Shown: positions 38,075-47,316 of the stretch, piece by piece
Numbering within the stretch: the stretch's first letter is position 1
Layout: the number at the start of each line of letters is the position of its first letter
Made by a program: the position numbers and the translations under genes
Source: Methanobacteriota archaeon
GTDB lineage: Archaea; Thermoplasmatota; Thermoplasmata; RBG-16-68-12
Assembly: GCA_005878515.1 (NCBI GenBank)
Contig: VBLZ01000097.1
Coordinates: 7,634 to 71,633, forward strand
Length of the DNA: 64,000 nt
Reading direction: 5' to 3'
Notes under the pieces: generated by a model
Seen by the model: the letters and a program-made list of their open reading frames with translations, nothing else
Databases searched by the model: none
Told to the model about the DNA's origin: nothing

Positions 38075-39771
38075 CAGACATCCATCCGATACTTCACGGC
38101 GGCCCGCTTGTAGATCGGGCGCCAGAGGAGTTTGTTTAGGGTCAGGACGACAACGGTCATCGCGAGGACCGTGAGGTAGCCCATGACATAATTCCCCGTC
38201 ACGACGGTCGCTTGAAACAACGAAGCTCCGAGGCCGGTCACCGAGTACACGGACCGACCGAACTGAAGATACTCGGCCACGATGAGAGCATTCCATCCGG
38301 CGCCCCACGCCGTGATGCTCCCGGTGGCGAGGGAGGGAACGAGCGCGGGCAGAAGAAGTCGACGCCAATAGGTTCGACCCCGCAGCCCGAAGGCCCGGGC
38401 CGCTTCGTCCAGGTCTCCCGGGATAGACCGCACCCCCGCAATCAGGTTGAACAAGAGATACCACTGCATCGCGAAGAGGGACACCAGGTACGCTCCGATC
38501 TCTCCCGCGAAGTAGCCGCCCATCGTGACCGCGACGGCGAAACCGATGATCAGGGGCTGAAGAGCCGTGGCGGGGATCGAGGCCGATATCTCGAACACGG
38601 GAGTGACGAAGCGCGCGGCCCATTTACTCCGCCCTAACCACGCGGCGACGGGGATGGTCCAGGCCAGGGCCGAGAGATAGGCCAAGAGCAGCCTCAAGAA
38701 CGAGAAGGCGGCCGCGATTGGCAGGCCCCTCGCTTCTGAGGGTAACGGTCGCTGGAAGAAACCGACCAGCCCGATTAGTCCCGTGGCGACGACGATGACG
38801 AAGATGATCAGGAACAGACCGATGTCGGCCCGTCGGACGGCCCGGATGACGCGTTGATGGCTGCTGTACACCCGGTCGAGTTTCGCGGAGGATCGCGCGT
38901 ATCGGTCCACGAGGGGTTGGGTCCGGCGCGCGACCTCCCGGCGGAGCCGGGGGAAGCGAGGCAGCCAACGTAGGCGTTCGTACGGGCTGGGAACATGTAG
39001 CGACGCACGTTCCCCGGTGGCTGTCGTCTCCATCCGGAAACGCTCGGACCAGACGCTCATCGGGCGCCAAAGGAAGACGTCCAACAGGAGCACGACGGTT
39101 GCGAGCGCGGCGATTCCGATCGCGATTCCACCGATGTCCCCTCGTTGCCCGGCGAGATAGATGAACGATCCAAGCCCCGGTCGCACGTAGCTCGTCCCCG
39201 GCGACGTGATGATCTCACTCGCGACGAGGAAGAACCATCCGTTCGTCCACGACAAGATCGAGTTGTAAATGAGCTTCGGGACCATCGCGGGGAACGCGAG
39301 TAGACGGAATCGCAGCCAACCATGAAGGCCGAAGCTGCGTGCCGCCTGGTCGAGATCCTGAGGAAGTGTCGTAATCGATTCGTACACGCCGAACGCCATG
39401 TTCCAAGCCATGCTCGTGAAGATGAGGAATACGGCCGCGACTTCAATGCCAAAGGGGTCGCCGAGCGGCCCGTTGACAAAGAAGAGTAGGACGAATGGGA
39501 AGAAGCCCAGGATCGGGATGGACTGGAGGATGTCCATGACCGGGAGCATGACCGTTGCCGCCCGCCGGTTCGTCGCCGCCGTGTGACCGTACGAGATTGC
39601 GAAGAGGAGTGACAGCACGTACGCGGCAACCATGCGCAACACGGAGAAGAACGCGAGAAGGGGGAGCGTCGCCACGGTCCGTGCGGCGTCGGGGAACAGG
39701 ACCGCGGCCCCGATTCCGAGTAGGATGAGGACGACCGCGACGATCCGGAGCCGCCCGCGGAGGCCGCGCAT
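38074..39771 (-). CDS. Fused tandem ABC permease (two BPD-type transmembrane domains), NitT/TauT family
   Basis: Two repeats of the permease module are present, each with an EAA-like loop (LPQDLDQAARSFGLHG and IPGDLDEAARAFGLRG). The start was chosen at MRGLRGRL… (39771), while the ORF track extends to 39861. Confidence 0.85.
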   Translation of the reverse strand: MRGLRGRLRIVAVVLILLGIGAAVLFPDAARTVATLPLLAFFSVLRMVAAYVLSLLFAISYGHTAATNRRAATVMLPVMDILQSIPILGFFPFVLLFFVNGPLGDPFGIEVAAVFLIFTSMAWNMAFGVYESITTLPQDLDQAARSFGLHGWLRFRLLAFPAMVPKLIYNSILSWTNGWFFLVASEIITSPGTSYVRPGLGSFIYLAGQRGDIGGIAIGIAALATVVLLLDVFLWRPMSVWSERFRMETTATGERASLHVPSPYERLRWLPRFPRLRREVARRTQPLVDRYARSSAKLDRVYSSHQRVIRAVRRADIGLFLIIFVIVVATGLIGLVGFFQRPLPSEARGLPIAAAFSFLRLLLAYLSALAWTIPVAAWLGRSKWAARFVTPVFEISASIPATALQPLIIGFAVAVTMGGYFAGEIGAYLVSLFAMQWYLLFNLIAGVRSIPGDLDEAARAFGLRGRTYWRRLLLPALVPSLATGSITAWGAGWNALIVAEYLQFGRSVYSVTGLGASLFQATVVTGNYVMGYLTVLAMTVVVLTLNKLLWRPIYKRAAVKYRMDV

Positions 39772-39817
39772 CTTCGCCCGCAAAGGACGGGGCCTATATA
39801 CGCGTTGGCGAGCGCCC

Positions 39818-40750
39818 TCATACCCCGGCGAGGAACCGGGACAGGATCGCCTTCTGCGCATGCAGACGGTTCTCCGCCTGATCGAAGACGATGGACTGGG
39901 GCCCGTCGATCACCTCGTCCGTGATCTCGAGTCCTCGATGGGCCGGCAGGCAATGCATCACGACCGCATCCTTCTTCGCGTGATCGATGAGTGCGGCGTT
40001 GACCTGGTACAGGCGGAACACCTTCTCGCGTTTCTCTTTCTCTTTCTCTTGGCCCATCGAAACCCAGACATCCGTGTAGACGACATCGGCACGTTGCACG
40101 GCTCCGACCGGATCGTCCACGACCCGAATCGTGGATCCGCTCTCCTTCGCGATGCCGCGTGCGGCGCCGAGGAGCTCGGCGTCGGGCTCGTAGCCGCTCG
40201 GACAAGCCGCCGTCATATCCATCCCGACGATCGCGGCACCGAGGAGCAGTGAATTGCAGACGTTGTTCCCGTCTCCAACGTAGGCCAGCTTGAGCTGCTT
40301 GAAAGCGCCCCCTTTGTGCTCGAGGATTGTGAAGAGGTCCGCGATGACTTGGCACGGATGTTCCTTGTCGTCGAGGCCGTTGATCACCGGGACGGTTGCA
40401 TTCCGAGCCACTTCTTGCACGTTCTCTCGCTTGAACGCACGGTACAGGATGCCGTCGACGTAGCGGCTCAGGACCCTGGCGGTGTCGGAGATCGTCTCGC
40501 CTCGGCCGATCTGCAGGTCGTTCGGGCTGAGGAAGAGCGCATGGCCGCCGAGCTGCGTCATCCCGACCTCGAAGGAGACCCGCGTCCGCGTCGAGGCCTT
40601 CTCGAAGAGCATCGCGAGACTCTTCCCGCGCAGAGGTTCGTACGGCTCCCCGGCCTTCGTGCGGTTCTTGATGCTCGCCGCGAGCTCGAGGAGGCCGACC
40701 AGGTCGTGCTTCACATCGAGCATCGAGACGAGATCGCGCTTCGTGCCCAT
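39818..40750 (-). CDS. argF: Ornithine carbamoyltransferase
   Basis: Carbamoyl-phosphate binding motif STRTR and the ornithine-site motif HCLPAHRG are present. The start was chosen at MGTKRDLVSMLD. Confidence 0.9.
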   Translation of the reverse strand: MGTKRDLVSMLDVKHDLVGLLELAASIKNRTKAGEPYEPLRGKSLAMLFEKASTRTRVSFEVGMTQLGGHALFLSPNDLQIGRGETISDTARVLSRYVDGILYRAFKRENVQEVARNATVPVINGLDDKEHPCQVIADLFTILEHKGGAFKQLKLAYVGDGNNVCNSLLLGAAIVGMDMTAACPSGYEPDAELLGAARGIAKESGSTIRVVDDPVGAVQRADVVYTDVWVSMGQEKEKEKREKVFRLYQVNAALIDHAKKDAVVMHCLPAHRGLEITDEVIDGPQSIVFDQAENRLHAQKAILSRFLAGV

Positions 40751-40845
40751 GGACCGCCGGCCCATCCGAGGGTCCGTACAAAACACTTGTGCATCGACCG
40801 CGCCGGAGGCGGAGCCATCAAATAAGCTCGGTCGAATGAGGGAGC

Positions 40846-41106
40846 GTGGAGCCGGGACCTTCGAGGGCCGCCGAGCGGCGGCGGCTTCAGGAAGCGATCG
40901 CGGCGCGCACGAGGAGAACGAGCATCCTCGCCGGCGTCCTCGGGTTGGCGTTGCTGTTCGCCGGCGGCATCGGCGTCATCGTTTCACCGTCGAACTCGCT
41001 CGCGTTGATCGTTGTGATGAGCACCGGAATCGTGTTCCTGCTCGTCGCCTTTTTCCTGGCGCGAAACACGATTGTCGGACTGCCTGGAAAGCTCCGAAAC
41101 AACTGA
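40846..41106 (+). CDS. Small membrane protein (2 TM helices)
   Basis: An 86-aa ORF (…ILAGVLGLALLFAGGIGVIV…IVVMSTGIVFLLVAFFLA…). Confidence 0.35.
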   Translation: MEPGPSRAAERRRLQEAIAARTRRTSILAGVLGLALLFAGGIGVIVSPSNSLALIVVMSTGIVFLLVAFFLARNTIVGLPGKLRNN

Positions 41107-41118
41107 GCCTTCGTCGCA

Positions 41119-41487
41119 TCAGTGTTGTCGTGCCGCGACGCGTTGGAGGACGCTCGCTCGCCGACTCGAGGACCGGCTCGATGGGTTGGCGAACAGCTCC
41201 GAAAAAAGTTCCTGGCCCGTTGCTCCTAGTCGATATGCGGTCACTTGCCGACCGTCTCGCTCGTAGGCAACATCGACGAGTCCCGCGGCCCTCAATACGC
41301 CCATGTGGTAGGCGAGGAGCCCGCTTTCGATCCGGACGGCCTTCGCGATTTCATGGAACGGTAGGCCGGGGGAATCGTGAATGAGGCGGAACGCCCGCAG
41401 CCGGATCGGATTGTCGAGCGCGGTGTAAGCCCGCAGACGGTCGAGAATCCTGGGGTCGATGTCCTCCGTCTCAGACAGCTTCTTCAT
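41119..41487 (-). CDS. ArsR-family winged-helix transcriptional regulator
   Basis: …ALDNPIRLRAFRLIHDSPGLPFHEIAKAVRIESGLLAYHMGVLRAAGLV… is the HTH_20/ArsR pattern. The ATG at 41487 sits about 25 nt downstream of a strong TATA box. Confidence 0.75.
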   Translation of the reverse strand: MKKLSETEDIDPRILDRLRAYTALDNPIRLRAFRLIHDSPGLPFHEIAKAVRIESGLLAYHMGVLRAAGLVDVAYERDGRQVTAYRLGATGQELFSELFANPSSRSSSRRASVLQRVAARQH

Positions 41488-41508
41488 GAGGTTCACGATA
41501 TTCTACGA

Positions 41509-41522
41509 GGTATAAATATATT
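41509..41522 (-). promoter_or_regulatory. Strong TATA box (promoter of the ArsR-family gene)
   Basis: The plus-strand sequence ggtataaatatatt is the most AT-rich 14-mer in this region. The TAA stop of the upstream gene is embedded in it. Confidence 0.5.
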
Positions 41523-42067
41523 TACTTCGTAATGTTCGACGGTCGGAGGGCCTTGATTTCGCGATGGCGCTCCGCGAGCATCGGAATGAGGGCCTTCGCC
41601 GAGGGAACCGGCGCTTGCCGTCCGCCATCGACGGGGTACACATGTCCGTACCGGACGAGATGGGTCAGGTACAGATCCGAGAGGTAGCTCCGGGAGGGGC
41701 TGTGCACCGGGTGGTACTCCGGTCGGACCAGGACCCGGAGTTTCGGCGCGATTCGAGGATTGGACGAGAACTGGCCGAACTCCGTCGCGGCGCCCCACGA
41801 CTCGATGCTCAGGAACACAAGATCCACGTCGCTCCGTTCGAGGATTTCCTCCTCGATCACGGACGGTCCGACTTCAGGGGGGAAGTCATCCTCCGGCACG
41901 AGTGCGATAATCCCCCGACTCCCCAAGACGTGCGCGACCGCTCGTCGCTCGTCGAGTCCGCGTCCGGAAGAGCCCAAGAGCATGACCACCAACCCGGATC
42001 GGTTGAGACGGTCCTCCGTCTCTTTGCGAATCGCATGAACGCGTCGGACTGCGGTGCCCCCGGTCAC
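41522..42067 (-). CDS. Nucleoside 2-deoxyribosyltransferase-like (flavodoxin-like fold) protein
   Basis: The Rossmann-like strand-loop LVVMLLGSSGRG and the motif SDVDLVFLSIESWGAATEFGQF… resemble the NDT-family D-x-G-T-x-x-E-x-G core. The protein is 181 aa. Confidence 0.5.
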   Translation of the reverse strand: MTGGTAVRRVHAIRKETEDRLNRSGLVVMLLGSSGRGLDERRAVAHVLGSRGIIALVPEDDFPPEVGPSVIEEEILERSDVDLVFLSIESWGAATEFGQFSSNPRIAPKLRVLVRPEYHPVHSPSRSYLSDLYLTHLVRYGHVYPVDGGRQAPVPSAKALIPMLAERHREIKALRPSNITK

Positions 42068-42172
42068 GTCTCCCCTTGGCGGAGATGCGTCGCGCCGCTA
42101 GTTGAGTACCCGCATGAGAGGTCAGTGAAACAACTCCGATCGGTGGACGGTTCGCTGGGATGGCGTTGAGCA

Positions 42173-42187
42173 AAATGCTATATTCCC
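42173..42187 (+). promoter_or_regulatory. TATA-like element upstream of tRNA-His
   Basis: The sequence aaaatgctatattcc is centred about 29 nt upstream of the tRNA 5' end. Confidence 0.4.
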
Positions 42188-42208
42188 CTCCCCGGTTGGG
42201 CGGCTTGC

Positions 42209-42283
42209 GGCCGGGATGGGCTAGCCTGGTTATGCTAGGGGACTGTGGATCCCTTGACGCGAGTTCAAATCTCGCTCCCGGCC
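42209..42283 (+). tRNA. tRNA-His (anticodon GUG) with a genome-encoded G-1
   Basis: Folded manually. The acceptor stem is GCCGGGA/TCCCGGC, with an extra 5' G pairing with discriminator C73, which is the His identity element. U8, A14, G18-G19 and A21 are conserved. The anticodon stem is GGGGA/UCCCU with loop CUGUGGA (U33, anticodon GUG, purine 37). The T-arm is GCGAG-UUCAAAU-CUCGC. No CCA is encoded. Confidence 0.85.
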
Positions 42284-42377
42284 CTCGCGCACGGCTCGCC
42301 CTCTCCGGTCTGGACCTCTCATCGCGGGAATCGCGGCATCTTCATGAGATGGGGTTCGGTTATTCGGCCGGGTCTTC

Positions 42378-43007
42378 GTGAAGGTCGTTGTCTTCGGCGC
42401 GACGGGGGAGACCGGCCGTCTCCTCACGGAACGAACCCTGCGGGCGGGCCACACGGTCACCGCCTTCGTGCGCGATCCGGCCCGGATGCTCATCGTGCAC
42501 GAACGGTTGCGCGTGATCCGAGGCGACGTCCTCGACCCTCCTTCGGTTGAGCGAGTGATTCCAGGCCACGATGCGGTCCTCTCGGCTCTGGGGAGCACGG
42601 CCCGCAATCCGGCACCGGTCCTTTCCGAGGGCGTTCAGCACATCCTCGATGCGATGGAACGGTCCCGCGTCCGGCGGATCGTGGCCCTCTCGGCGGCCGG
42701 CGCGCTGGGGGAGTCGGCCGGATTCGCAATCGGGAATGCGGGCCTGCGAATCTTCCGAATGTGGCTGCCGCAGGTCTACCGAGAGCATCGCAAGATGCTC
42801 GACGAACTTCGGCGGCGCGAACTCGAATGGATCGCGGTGCGCGCCGTCCTGTTGACGAACGGCGCAGCGAAGGGTCGCTACCGCATTGCGATCGAGGGAA
42901 TTCCGCGGTGGGGCTTTCGGATCTCTCGCGCCGATGTCGCCGACTTCATGATCCGCCAACTCACGACCGATGAGTTCGTCCGCAAGATGCCCGCGACGGC
43001 GTATTGA
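42378..43007 (+). CDS. NAD(P)-binding NmrA/SDR-like oxidoreductase (atypical SDR)
   Basis: VKVVVFGATGETGRLL is a Rossmann GXXGXXG motif. The protein is 209 aa and starts at GTG. Confidence 0.75.
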   Translation: MKVVVFGATGETGRLLTERTLRAGHTVTAFVRDPARMLIVHERLRVIRGDVLDPPSVERVIPGHDAVLSALGSTARNPAPVLSEGVQHILDAMERSRVRRIVALSAAGALGESAGFAIGNAGLRIFRMWLPQVYREHRKMLDELRRRELEWIAVRAVLLTNGAAKGRYRIAIEGIPRWGFRISRADVADFMIRQLTTDEFVRKMPATAY

Positions 43008-43143
43008 ATCCGTTAGGATTCGCCAGGTAGGTGCACGGGCACCAACGACCGCATGCTTTTATACGGCCACCCAGATGAGTCGACCGCTTCCCGAGGCGAT
43101 GAAGAAGCCTTGGGTGGCCCGAATCCCCGGGAGCGGGGCTGCG

Positions 43144-46100
43144 ATGATCAAGCAGGCGGAGAAGACGTATGCTCCACTTGAGGTGGAGCGACAGGTCCAG
43201 GAATTCTGGGACCGCGCGAAGGTCTACCGGAAGACCGTCGCCGCGCGGGAGAAAGGCGAGGATTTCTTTTTCGGCGACGGCCCGCCGTACACAACCGGAT
43301 CGATTCACCTCGGAAACGTCCTGAACAAGACGATCAAGGATCTCGTCGTCCGCTATCATCGGATGCGCGGCTACCACGTCCGGGACCAGCCGGGCTACGA
43401 CATGCACGGCCTCCCGATCGAGGTCCAGGTCGAGAAGACCCTCGGGATCACGAACAAGAAGGAGATCGAAGAGCTCGGCATCGAGAAGTTCGTGAACACC
43501 TGCCGGACGTTCGCGACGGACCTCCTGCAGACGATGACGAAACAGTTCCAGTCGCTCGGCATCTGGCTCGATTGGGACCGCCCGTACATGACGATCCGCA
43601 ACGAATTCATCGAGGCGGCGTGGTGGACGCTGAAACGCGCCCACGAACACGACTGGATCTACGAGGCGCTCCGGTCCATCCAGTGGTGTTCCCGATGCGA
43701 GACGGCCCTCGCGGACGCCGAAGTCGAGTACTCCGACGAAACGGATCCGTCGATTTACGTCAAGTTCCGCCTCGCCGGCAAGCCGGACGAATCCCTGCTG
43801 ATCTGGACCACGACCCCGTGGACCCTTCCCGCCAATCTCGCGATCGCGGCGCATCCCGATTTCCGGTACGCGAAGGTGAAAATTCCACATGGCAAGAAGC
43901 CCGAGTACGTCTGGCTCATGGAGAGCGCGGTGCCCGACGTCATGGCCCGCGGCGGGGTGACGAAATACTCCGTCGTCGAGACGAGGAAAGGGAGCGACCT
44001 CGTCGGGCTCGCATACCTCCACCCACTCCGGACGAAGCTCCCCTACCAGAAGTCAGCGAAGGGCGAGTGGGTCCACAAGCTCGTCTCCTCGGACACGGTC
44101 GCCGCCGAGTACACGGGGCTCGTCCATTCGGCCCCGGGGCACGGACCGGAGGACTTCGAGCTCGGTCAGAGGCTCGGCCTTCCCGCCTTTTCGCCGGTCG
44201 ACGCGGGAGGCCGTTTCACCGCGGACGCCGGCGCCTACGCGGGCCAGAAGGTGAGGGAGGCGAATCCGGGGATCATCGCGGACCTGCGGGCGGCCCGCGC
44301 TCTCTTCGCGGACGAGACGATCCTCCATGCATACGGCCATTGTTGGCGATGCAAGACCCCGATCTTGTTCCGCGCGACGGTCCAATGGTTCCTCAAGGTG
44401 ACGGACTTCAAACCGAAGATGGTCGAGGAGGTCGGGCGGGTCAGATGGTTCCCGGACTGGGCCGGATCGGCGCGCCAACTCGATTGGACGAGCAACCTGC
44501 GGGACTGGTGCATCTCCCGGCAGCGGTACTGGGGCATCCCCCTCCCGATCTGGAGGTGCGCGAAGTGCAATCACTGGACGGTCGTCGGATCGGCCGAATC
44601 CCTTCGAGGTGCGAGCGGCTACAAGGAAGGAATGGACCTTCACCGGCCCGGCATCGACCGGATCGCGCTCCCATGCGAGAAGTGCGACGGCGAGATGCGG
44701 CGGGTCCCCGACACGGTCGACGTGTGGTTCGACAGCGGCGTCTCGAGCTGGGCGAGCCTCGGCTACCCGGCTCGCGACGACGAGTTCCGCCGCTGGTGGC
44801 CTCAGGACTGGATCGTCGAAGGGCCGGACCAGACGCGGGGCTGGTTCAACTCCCAACTCGCGGCAGGGGTCGTGGCGTTCGACCGGGCTCCGTACGATCA
44901 GGTGCTGATGCACGGTTGGGTGAACGGTCCGGACGGACGGCAAATGCACAAGTCCCTCGGGAACGTCATCGAGCCCGAGACGGTCGTCGACAAGTTCGGG
45001 GTCGATCCGCTCCGATTCTATGTGATCGCCGTGAACGCGCCTTGGGACGACATCACGTTCCAGGAGGAGGGCGTCCGGAACGCGCAGCGGACCTTGAACA
45101 TCCTGTGGAACGTCCTGCGGTTCGCGACGACCTACATGGTCTTGGACCGGTTCGATCCGTTCGCGGCGGACCTCTCCTCGACCGAAGGCCACCTCCGGCC
45201 CGAGGACCGTTGGCTCCTCTCGCGGCTCGAGGGTCTGAAGAAGACCGTGGACCTCGAGATGCGTTCATACAACCTGCACCGCGCGGCCCGCGCGGTCGAG
45301 GCGTTCATCCTCGATGACCTCTCGCGGTGGTACGTGAAGCTGGTCCGCGGGCGGACCTGGACGGAGACCGACAACGGGGACAAGCTCGCCGCGTACCGCG
45401 TGCTCTTCGAAGCGCTGAGTACCCTTGCGATCCTCCTCGCCCCCGTCGCGCCCCACATCGCAGAGGCCATGTATCAGCGCCTCGATGGACGGAAGCTCAG
45501 CGTGCACATGCTCGATTGGCCCGACGTCCGAGCGCAATGGCTTCGGCCCGAGCTTGAGCGGTCTATGTCGATCGTGCAAGAAGAGGTTGAAGTCGTCTCG
45601 AATCAACGACAGAAGGGAGGGCGGAAGCTCCGTTGGCCGCTGAAGCTGATCGCGGTCCGCAGCGCCACACCGGAAGCCGCGGAGGCGTTTGCCGCACTGC
45701 GGAGTATCTTCCTGGACCAGGTGAATGCGAAGGAACTCGTGATCTTGGAACCCGCCGACGAGTTTCCGGGCACCGTCGTCGTCGCGAAGCCCGACGCCGC
45801 GGCGATCGGCAAGGCGTACAAAGCTCTGGCACCCAAGATTGTGAAACTGCTCGGGACCCGGGCCCCGGGCGAGCTGCAAAAGGCGTTCGAGCGCGGTTCG
45901 TACACGCTCCATGCGGACGGGCAGACGTTCGAGATCGAACCGACGATGGTGCGCTTCGAGAAAGCGCTCCCCCCCGAGGTCGTCCGGGTGGAGACGCCTC
46001 ATGGTGAGATCTACCTCGACCTTCGCGTGACGCCGGAGCTCCAAGCCGAAGCGTACGCTCGCGAGATCGTCCGCCGAATCCAGCAGATGCGGAAAGACCT

Positions 46101-47307
46101 CGACCTGGACATCGACGACTTCATCGCCACGGTCATCAAGACGAACAAAGAATTCGCAGCGACCCTCGAAGCACAGCAGGCCTTCATCGCCCGCGAGACT
46201 CGATCTCGCAGCTTGACGTTCACCGACAAGGCCGTCGCCTCCGAACATGTCGTCGAATGGAAGGACGTCGACGGTCATGGCGTCACGATCGGGGTCACAC
46301 CGCTCCATCTCTCCGAATCGATTCGCGAATTCACCCGGATCCCCGGCCTCACGATGGCGAAGGCGATGGCCCTTTTCGACGCGGGCTACAAGAGCCTCGC
46401 GGCGCTTCGCTCCGCGACGAAACAGGAGTTGCTGGCCGTCGACGGCCTTGACGCAGGAGACGTCGACCGGATCACCGAATTCCTCGCCGTCCCAGAAAAG
46501 AAGGACGCCGTCTGCCCGACCTGCCAGGCGTCCGTCGCGGCCGACGCGCGGCGCTGTCCTCGATGTGGAGAGCCGATGGCGTTGGAGGCCACGCCCTGCC
46601 CCCGATGCAAGTCGGCTATTCCTCCCGGCGCGGACGCATGTCCTGTTTGCGGCTTCGCATTAATCGGCCAGGCCGCTCCAGGGACGCCCTCGCGGACGCC
46701 GTGCGTCGCGTGCGGAGAGCTGATTCTCGCGGGTTCTTCCGAGTGCCCCTCGTGCGGTGCGCCGCAGAAGCGACCGGTCCCGCTGGTTTCGAGTCCAACC
46801 GGTGAGGACGAGGCGCCGGCGCTGCTGAAAGACTCCTCCTCGTACCTCGTACGAGAGACCACGCCCGAGGAGGCGTATCGCCTATTCCTCATCGCACATA
46901 ACACGGGGAAGAAGGGCATGATCATCACGCGACTTTTCCCGCAGAAGGTCCGAGAGCGCTTCGGGCTGAAAGATCTGCCGATCGTCTGGTTGAGCAACGT
47001 GGGCAAGGAGGACTCGGTCCGACCGAAAGACCTCGAAAAGTTATCCTTGGCCGCGGAGCAATTCCTCTCCCGCGAGAAAGGCGTGGTCCTTCTCGACGCG
47101 ATCGAATATCTAGTGACGAACAATAATTTCCTGACGGTGCTGCGTCTTGTGCAATCGATTCGCGATCAGGTGGCCGTCAACAACGGGGTGCTGTTGCTTT
47201 CCGTCAACCCGTCGACCCTCGACGCCCACCAGATGACGCTCCTCGAACGCGAAGTGGATCAAGTGGTCAACGTGTCCGGCGGGCCGACGGGTTCCACTTC
47301 GGGATGA
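43144..47307 (+). CDS. ileS: Isoleucyl-tRNA synthetase fused to a roughly 330-aa C-terminal extension (HhH + multiple zinc ribbons + DUF835-like domain)
   Basis: The HIGH motif (GSIHLGNVLNK) and KMSKS motif (MHKSLGNV) define the archaeal-type IleRS body. The frame then continues without a stop through GLTMAKAMALFDAGYKSLAALRSATKQELLAVDGLD (helix-hairpin-helix-like), six CxxC pairs (CPTCQ…CPRCGE…CPRCKS…CPVCGF…CVACGE…CPSCGA) and a terminal domain …GMIITRLFP…VVLLDAIEYLVTNNNFLTVLRLVQSIRDQVA… that resembles DUF835. The start was chosen at MIKQAEKTYAPLEVERQVQEFWD. Confidence 0.85.
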   Translation: MIKQAEKTYAPLEVERQVQEFWDRAKVYRKTVAAREKGEDFFFGDGPPYTTGSIHLGNVLNKTIKDLVVRYHRMRGYHVRDQPGYDMHGLPIEVQVEKTLGITNKKEIEELGIEKFVNTCRTFATDLLQTMTKQFQSLGIWLDWDRPYMTIRNEFIEAAWWTLKRAHEHDWIYEALRSIQWCSRCETALADAEVEYSDETDPSIYVKFRLAGKPDESLLIWTTTPWTLPANLAIAAHPDFRYAKVKIPHGKKPEYVWLMESAVPDVMARGGVTKYSVVETRKGSDLVGLAYLHPLRTKLPYQKSAKGEWVHKLVSSDTVAAEYTGLVHSAPGHGPEDFELGQRLGLPAFSPVDAGGRFTADAGAYAGQKVREANPGIIADLRAARALFADETILHAYGHCWRCKTPILFRATVQWFLKVTDFKPKMVEEVGRVRWFPDWAGSARQLDWTSNLRDWCISRQRYWGIPLPIWRCAKCNHWTVVGSAESLRGASGYKEGMDLHRPGIDRIALPCEKCDGEMRRVPDTVDVWFDSGVSSWASLGYPARDDEFRRWWPQDWIVEGPDQTRGWFNSQLAAGVVAFDRAPYDQVLMHGWVNGPDGRQMHKSLGNVIEPETVVDKFGVDPLRFYVIAVNAPWDDITFQEEGVRNAQRTLNILWNVLRFATTYMVLDRFDPFAADLSSTEGHLRPEDRWLLSRLEGLKKTVDLEMRSYNLHRAARAVEAFILDDLSRWYVKLVRGRTWTETDNGDKLAAYRVLFEALSTLAILLAPVAPHIAEAMYQRLDGRKLSVHMLDWPDVRAQWLRPELERSMSIVQEEVEVVSNQRQKGGRKLRWPLKLIAVRSATPEAAEAFAALRSIFLDQVNAKELVILEPADEFPGTVVVAKPDAAAIGKAYKALAPKIVKLLGTRAPGELQKAFERGSYTLHADGQTFEIEPTMVRFEKALPPEVVRVETPHGEIYLDLRVTPELQAEAYAREIVRRIQQMRKDLDLDIDDFIATVIKTNKEFAATLEAQQAFIARETRSRSLTFTDKAVASEHVVEWKDVDGHGVTIGVTPLHLSESIREFTRIPGLTMAKAMALFDAGYKSLAALRSATKQELLAVDGLDAGDVDRITEFLAVPEKKDAVCPTCQASVAADARRCPRCGEPMALEATPCPRCKSAIPPGADACPVCGFALIGQAAPGTPSRTPCVACGELILAGSSECPSCGAPQKRPVPLVSSPTGEDEAPALLKDSSSYLVRETTPEEAYRLFLIAHNTGKKGMIITRLFPQKVRERFGLKDLPIVWLSNVGKEDSVRPKDLEKLSLAAEQFLSREKGVVLLDAIEYLVTNNNFLTVLRLVQSIRDQVAVNNGVLLLSVNPSTLDAHQMTLLEREVDQVVNVSGGPTGSTSG

Positions 47308-47316
47308 ACACGGATC

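Noticed and set aside
42209-42283. Absence of an encoded 3' CCA on tRNA-His and an extra 5' G
   Set aside because: Neither is an anomaly. G-1 pairing with C73 is the normal His identity element, and many archaeal tRNA genes lack an encoded CCA.
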